Positions 56,576 to 64,000 of a DNA stretch of 64,000 bases are shown here, in pieces; within the stretch, counting starts at the first letter, position 1, and the number at the start of each line of letters is the position of its first letter. This DNA comes from Octopus vulgaris. Lineage: Eukaryota. The stretch lies in assembly GCA_951406725.2 (NCBI GenBank), contig OX597827.1, positions 76,632,001 through 76,696,000 on the forward strand, read 5' to 3'. Position numbers and translations under genes: made by a program. The notes under the pieces are model-generated. The model was not told where the DNA came from. It made no database searches and saw nothing but the letters and a program-made list of their open reading frames with translations.

Positions 56576-56646
56576 CATATTACTCTACCACTGGTATTTG
56601 AGTACTCCTTTTTCCACCTTGATTCACATTTATGTGTTTACTCCGG

Positions 56647-56681
<35 letters not shown>

Positions 56682-56704
56682 ATATATATATATATAAATG
56701 TGTG

Positions 56705-56755
<51 letters not shown>

Positions 56756-56820
56756 TAAAAACGGTAAGATAACAAAAGAAAGAAAGAGACCTCAATATTA
56801 TGTAAATTTTTTAGATGGCC

Positions 56821-56883
56821 AGATAACCGAAGAGATGGTATTCTGGTTTTCCACTTCGGCATCTGAAACTCAGAGTTTTATCT
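56821..56883 (+). ncRNA. Hammerhead motif, CCGAAGA variant (third copy of the family)
   Basis: AGATAA CCGAAGA GATG...CATC T GAAA CTCAGAG TT TTATCT. Confidence 0.6.
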
Positions 56884-57453
56884 TGACTATTGTATAATGG
56901 TAACATATTAATTTACAGATATATATATATATATATCTGTGTTTGTGTGTGTGTTGCCACCCCCTCACTGCTTAACATATAATTATTCCTACTCTAGGTA
57001 GAAGGCCTTGAAAATCTTTTCGGTGGGGAGGGGTGGGCAGTCGATTACATCGACCCCAGTGCGTAACTGGTACTTATTTCATCGACCCCGAAAGGACGAA
57101 AGGCAAAGAATTTGAACTCAGAACGTAAAGACAGACGAGATACCTATTTCTTTACTACCCACAAGGGGCTAAACACAGAGTAGACAAACAAGGACAGATA
57201 CACGGATTAAGTCGATTACATCGACCCCAGTGCGTAACTGGTACTTAATTTATCGACCCTGAAAGGATGAAAGGCAAAGTCGACCTCGGCGGAATTTGAA
57301 CTCAGAACGTACGACAGCCGAAATACGGCTACGCATTTCGCCCGGCGTGCTAACGTTTCTTATTTCTTTACTGCCCACAAGGGGCCACAAAGAACGTAAA
57401 TGCATTTTATTTCACATTGCTCCAGTCCACTCAGCTGGCAAACATGAGTTCTA

Positions 57454-57690
57454 CACGGGTTGGTGCGTAATTATTGCGGCTTTTATTCAACAAAAACAAT
57501 AACAACATGTAACAAAAACATCTTTAAATGATGGTCTGACCGGCTTCCAAGCAAATGGGAAACAGTAATTGAAGTAGATGATGAATATGCTCCGGAATAA
57601 TCATTTAAAGATGTTTTTGTTACATGTTGTTATTGTTTTTGTTGAATAAAATTTGTTGAAAAAAGCCGCAATAATTACGCACCAACCCAA
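57454..57690 (+). mobile_element. Mariner-derived MITE (MADE1/Hsmar1-like TIRs)
   Basis: TIR GGGTTGGTGCGTAATTATTGCGGC / GCCGCAATAATTACGCACCAACCC, TA flanks, internal transposase tail RLPSKWETVIEVDDEYAPE*. Inserted in a SINE. Confidence 0.8.
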
Positions 57691-58121
57691 TAATTCAAAG
57701 GGCGCCAGCCTTGTCACATTCTGTGTCCCGCTGAATCTCGCTAAGAACTACGTTAAGGATACACTTGTCTGCGGAGCACTCAGCCACTTGCGCGTCAATT
57801 CCGCAAGCAGGTTGTCCCATTGATCAGATTACCTGGAACCCTCATCGTCGTAAATTGTCGGAGTGTCATTTTTATAACGTAAAGATTAGGCAAAATAGAC
57901 CAATAGAATAAGTACCAGTGTTGCTCCAGCTAGGCCACTGCTCAATGACTGAAAAAGGAAAAAGATAGGAGCGAAGCTCATAACATCATCATGGCTTTCA
58001 AACTGATGGAGGAAGCTGAGGCAGTCATTCTCGCCAGGGTTATAGGAAATGTCATCGTAGGAAGATTCCGTAGAAATTTCGTTTTAAATAACCTCATCAA
58101 GTTTTCTTTTTTAACGTCTTA

Positions 58122-58522
58122 TCTTTATATATAAAAGTGAGGTTGTGTACTGTCTGTCTCCTACGATTTAGATTCCTAACTACTCCCACATTTTGCGGTG
58201 CAGTTTAACCAAAACGGGTATCTTATAGTCGTGATTCATATCGAGCCCTTCTGGGTATTAGCGCGTGTCTACGATAAGTCTACGATTTAAAAAAAAATTT
58301 ACCATCATTTTTTTCCATCTTAATGCATTTTTTTCGCTATTAAATAAGGGAAGTAACTCTCTAAAAATGTCTACGATGAGTCAACGATTTAAAAAAAAAA
58401 TTACCATAATTTCTTTTCCATTTTTAATGCATTTTTTTGCTATTTTTTGACTATAACTCTCTAAAAATGCTTATATAGTTATTTCCCTTACAAACCCGAG
58501 CAACGCCGGGCGATTCTGCTAG
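58122..58522 (+). mobile_element. Non-autonomous Helitron (same family)
   Basis: A|TC...CTAG|T; two internal repeats. Confidence 0.8.
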
Positions 58523-59201
58523 TGTTGAATAAAGGCTTGCTTTTAATCTGCAAAATCTAGGGGCCGGACGAAATGGGGCCGGATCAGTCACGCTCTAAGG
58601 AGACCTCCAAGGAGCATTGCAAGACAAGAGTAAGACTGGCAACGTTAAGGCGGCGAGCTGACAGAAACGTTAGCAGGCCGGGCGAAATGCTTAGCGGTAT
58701 TTCGTCTGTCGTTACGTTCTGAGTTCAAATTCCGCCGAGGTCGACTCTGCCTTTCATCCTTTCGGGGTCGATAAATTAAGTACCAGTTACGCACTGGGGT
58801 CGAAGTAATCTAATTTTAGCTCTCTCTCTCCCTCGCCATCACTCTCTCCTCGCCTCTACCAATTTTAAAAGCTATGTCTATCCTTGTTTGTCCCCTCTGT
58901 GTTTAGCCCCTTGTGGGTAATAAAGAAATACGTTGAAGAAAAGAGGGAAGTTGGACGACCTGAGAAGACCCGGAAAGGATGCACAGAGGCTGAAGTGAGA
59001 GCAATCGATGTCTCTTAGTCTCAAATCAAGGAGATAGCCCAAGCTGGAGTCCTCTGGCATGAAATGGTCGCGGTCTTTTGCTCCTCACGAAGTGATGTGG
59101 ACTTACTATTTAATGGTTTTATAAAACCTTTTATCATTTTTTTTCATTTTAGCTCTCTCTCTCTCCCTCGCCATCACTCTCTCCTCGCCTCTACCACTTT
59201 T

Positions 59202-59414
59202 AAAAGCTGAAAAAAAGGTCATTTCTACTCTTCTCCTCTGGAAGCCATATCTACTCGCAATACCAGAGGGCGCACACTCTCCTACCCTGATGTAATCTCC
59301 AGGGATACAGGCATCCAGCAACAGGACCTCCGTAATGCCATGATGGACCGTGAAGTCTGGCGTAGCATGGTAAATTCCATTGTCTCGACCACGGTCGAAC
59401 AATGATGATGATGA
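59202..59414 (+). mobile_element. RTE/RTE-X LINE 3' end with (TGA)n tail
   Basis: STLLLWKP/TRNTRGRTLSYPDVISRDTG...AMMDREVWRSMV, then tgatgatgatga. Confidence 0.75.
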
Positions 59415-59806
59415 CCACTTTTATCCCCTCTCCACCACTCTCTCTCCCCCTCACTACCACTCTTTCTCCGCCTCTCGGCCACTCTCTCCCTCCTCTACCA
59501 CTCTCTCGTTCCCTGTCTCCACCTTTCTCTCTCTCCATCTCTACCTTTTCCTTTCAACTCTCTATCTTTCTCTCTTCCCATTTCTATCTCTCTCTCTACC
59601 ACTCTCTCTCTCCCCCTCTCTACCACTCTTTCTCCCTTGTCCACTCTCTCACAAGTAGAAACAGACAGCAGTCTGTGACAATCTCCCCAAAAGAACTTTC
59701 GCCATAACGATCTCACTTCCTGTGAGACGACTGTTCGGGAGACTGATTTAGATAAACATCTCCATCGCCAAAACCAGTCTCACTACCACCTTTCCCTCTT
59801 TATACT

Positions 59807-59845
<39 letters not shown>

Positions 59846-59846
59846 A

Positions 59847-59927
<81 letters not shown>

Positions 59928-60306
59928 CTTCTTGTATCACCAGCACTCCGACCAAGAAGTATGGCATAATACCATTTCCACGCGGTGACCGTCCACGTCC
60001 ACATTGGAACCGACGCTTCCAAATGATGACTAACAATAAGTCGTGGAAAGATAAAATGCAATGCGACAACGGCGTGACCAAGAGAGTCATTGCAGGAATG
60101 GCTTAGTCACGTCTTTATCGGATTCTCTGTCTGGGATATTGGCAAGGAAATCAAACTGAAGCAACCAGATGTCGTCGTCAAAGACGTTGGAATTATGATC
60201 TGTGGCACTGTTATGGGTCTTCGTCATTTTTAGCCAAGACATTACTCTGATGGAAGCGAATTTGGTGGACGGAAATTGCGCAGAGATCGGTCTTATTTAT
60301 GTGTAC

Positions 60307-60337
<31 letters not shown>

Positions 60338-60449
60338 TGTATGTATGTATGTATGTATGTATGTATGTATTATGTATGTGTGCATGTATATGTGTGCGTG
60401 TGTGTATCTGACTTTTTCTCTGTGTATATCCGGTGCGTTTTTGTTCCAT

Positions 60450-60521
<72 letters not shown>

Positions 60522-60854
60522 GATATATATTATATAGAGGGTACTATTATTCATAGGTACCGCACGCTCGGAGGGACTCTTGCAGTCAAAACTACTAAAA
60601 TAAACAAATTGTACCGAATGCAAAACTTCAAAGCAAGTCATTTAAAAACAGAATTTAGTTACATATCACCTTTGATTTCGCAATCAATGCACCTTCTATA
60701 TAATATAAAACCCTCTATATAATATAAATAAATATTTTCAAAGTGGAAAAATTTACAGATTTTTTCTCTTACGAGGTTTTTCACGCTAACTACTGATAAT
60801 TTCTTATAAAGATTTTATCCTTAATTTTAATATATATATAGATATATATATATA

Positions 60855-61360
60855 TCTATATATATAAAACTCTAGTTGTGTGAGTGTCTGTCCCCTTCGA
60901 TTTAGATTCCTAACTCCTCCCACATTTTGCGGTTCAGTTTAACCAAATTCGGGTATCTTATAGTCGTGATTCATATCAAGCCCGTCTGACTATTAGCGCG
61001 CGTCAACGATGAGTCTACGATTTTAAAAATAATTTAACATCATTTTTTATTCCATTTTAATGCATAAAATGCATCGTGTGTCGATGGCGGCGGAGTTGGC
61101 GTCTACGCTCACAGCTGCACCTGTTTGCTTCTCCCCCTTCCCTCCCTCGTGAAGCTGTGGGGAAGGGAATGTAAAGAAATCAACGTCGTAATGCGTTGTG
61201 AAGGAAACCAGCGTTCTTTTAGAACAACGACTTCATGGCTTGAAGACACCAAAACAAAAATGGCTAAGAAAGCCCGAATTTATAAAGGAAGTAACTCTCT
61301 AAAAATGCTTATATAGTTATTTCTCTTACAAACCCGAGCAACGCCGGGCGATACTGCTAG
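60855..61360 (+). mobile_element. Non-autonomous Helitron with extra internal segment
   Basis: Same ends; ~200-bp GC-richer insert shared with 43260-43772. Confidence 0.8.
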
Positions 61361-61393
<33 letters not shown>

Positions 61394-61615
61394 TCAATAT
61401 AGGGTGGCAAAAAATTTTGCAGAATTCTTTGCCACCAGCGGCCTAGTGGAAAAATTAAAATAGTCAAAGACCATTTTAAGTTCAACATCAACAATAAAGG
61501 AAGGATATATCACCATAGAAAATAAAATATATAAAGAGAAAATTTAAAAACATTTACGTTTTTAAATTTTTCCTGGTTTACTGAATTAACTTTTATTGCG
61601 GTGCTTTCTGTTATT

Positions 61616-61655
<40 letters not shown>

Positions 61656-61672
61656 ACAATAAAGGAACGGCC

Positions 61673-61710
<38 letters not shown>

Positions 61711-62122
61711 AACAGATATGCAGGAAGTAAATAAACACCTTTAATTTTCGAACACAAGTGGGGTTCAAAATTCCCAACAGCCGTTTCGGCAGCTTTTTAT
61801 TGATGCCTCCTAAGATTACATCATAGCAAAAACCTGACATTATCAGGTAAATGACCTTAAACAAGTGTGACTCGTTCACCAGATACCGTAAATAAACAAG
61901 TGATATTTTAATCAACGGTTCATACTGGATTTGGTACCTATGGGTGTATGAATATATCTATGTGTATGTACTTATGTGTGTGTGTGTCTGTGTGTGAGTA
62001 CCAACAAATTTAAGGATTGTTTTACCTTATTTTGAGCTCTATACTAAGTACCCAGCCATTCCTGGCGTCCTACTTGTTGATATGCCTAGATTCTATTGAA
62101 TCCTACATTTGATCTAGCTATC

Positions 62123-62228
<106 letters not shown>

Positions 62229-62287
62229 GTGTGTATGTATATATATACACACACTTGGAAATGGATGCGTGGTGGCGTTCAGTCGTA

Positions 62288-62363
<76 letters not shown>

Positions 62364-62399
62364 TATATACATCCATATATGTACATACTTACATATATA

Positions 62400-62595
62400 A
62401 AGTTAATCCAAACAAGAAAGCACAAAAAAAAAGGACGTGGAACAAATATAGTATTATTGGACGCACAGGAAAGAAGGAAAGAAGGAGGGTTTAACGTTTC
62501 GAGCGGAGCTCTTCGTCGGAAACATAGGAGAAGGAAAGATCCAGAGAAGGGAAGACAGAGGGAAAAAAATTGTCAACGGTACACACGCGGTACAT
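62400..62595 (-). mobile_element. Family D Penelope-like fragment, hammerhead variant CCGACGA at 62490-62522
   Basis: Minus strand: TTT CCGACGA A GAGC-TCC-GCTC GAAA CG TT AAA. Confidence 0.6.
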
Positions 62596-62837
62596 ATATA
62601 TATGTTGTACATATATATCAGTTGTCGGCTGATTATCTACTCCACATTTCGAGCAATTCACGACATTATGTGTCGCTCCTGCGAACCAAAATAAAATTTT
62701 GGATTTGCGGAGGGTCAAAGTTGGTAACAAAAGACATACAACAAACCAAACCAAACGAAAACAAACAGGGAGGGCCGTTGGGCCAGACGACGTAAGGTAG
62801 CGAGTGCTGGAAGAATATTCTTATCGTGAATCGCTCG

Positions 62838-62884
<47 letters not shown>

Positions 62885-62890
62885 TATATG

Positions 62891-62952
<62 letters not shown>

Positions 62953-62953
62953 C

Positions 62954-62985
<32 letters not shown>

Positions 62986-62986
62986 G

Positions 62987-63020
<34 letters not shown>

Positions 63021-64000
63021 TGTATGTATGCATGCATGCATGCATGTACGTATGTATATATGCGTGTATATATATATATATATGTAGGTATGTATGTGTG
63101 TGTGTGTTTGATGTTAATTTGTTTAGAGTGGAGTGTGTTAACAATTACGGCAATGGTTAATGATAATTAGGACACGGAAAAGTAATTACAAAACGGGCCA
63201 CTAATTAAGAAGGGGCTAGTAGTTAGGACAGGAGCTTATAATTAGGGTAGAGTAGAAAATAGGCTAGTAATTAAGACAGAATTTTAATAAGTTCATTCTT
63301 GTGCTTTTGGGGGGAAAAGCTGACATTTGCTCCCTTTTTGTTTCGTTATGTGAATATTCTATTATTCACTGATCAAAAAATCTGATACTGACTTTGATGT
63401 ACTGATAAGGCCCAATAAGACCGAAACATATCTACGATTGTCAACGCTACTATTAAGAAAAATCATGTTTTCCATTTAAGGAGGAGAATTAGAACTAAAA
63501 AATATTTTTTTCTTAATTCTATAAATTATCTCCCCTCCTCCCTTGAGAGTCGCTCCGAAATTTAACTGTGAGAAGTCAGGGGCCTCACTTCAGAAACGAA
63601 TTTTCGTACATGTTCTGGAAAGGCGTGTGGCCTAGTGTTTAAGGTTTTGCATTCATGATTGCTACATCGTGGGTTCGAATTCCTAACCGGGTGGCGTGTT
63701 GTATGTTTGAGCAAAACACTTTATTTAACGTTCCTCTTTTGCCGTGTGGAGACCGTCGTGTGAAGGGACAGATCCAACGTTTTCTCTGCATGTCGTAAAA
63801 AGGGACTCAAAAAGGTCGAGGGAGGATTTGCACTCTGACCTCGTAAAACCTTCACCAGCAACGACTATCCAGGCAGACCCATGGATTGGGGGGTGGGGGT
63901 TGACGCCGGAGTGGTGCAAAGTTATCTGCTGCCAGAAGCAAACAATAGGGGAATCACCAACAAATGCTGGATGCATTACAGCGCATTCACCAATCCTCAT

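Noticed and set aside
59262-59275. CTCF-like TACCAGAGGGCGC
   Set aside because: Lies within the coding remnant of an RTE LINE.
60130-60200. WDIGKEIKLKQPDVVVKD peptide, possible R4 endonuclease relic
   Set aside because: Too short to call without a search.

Overview
Repeat-saturated animal genomic DNA (intronic or intergenic). The SINE families and extreme microsatellite load suggest an octopus or other coleoid cephalopod (inference). No host protein-coding gene is supportable: nearly all listed ORFs are translations of microsatellites or SINEs. The one clear host gene is an intact tRNA-Thr(UGU) at 18220-18292. The rest comprises three main tRNA-derived SINE families, decayed LINEs (Tx1/L1, R4/Dong-like, CRE, RTE), mariner/pogo/hAT MITEs, non-autonomous Helitrons, and three nearly TE-free, strand-biased purine/GGT-rich domains. 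The most notable hidden signal is about 15 type I hammerhead-ribozyme-like motifs in short Penelope-like terminal fragments inserted in (TA)n arrays. Several sit in long inverted repeats, and several carry family-wide non-canonical cores (CCGANGA, CUGUNGA). All folds and alignments were read by eye, and repeat boundaries are approximate.
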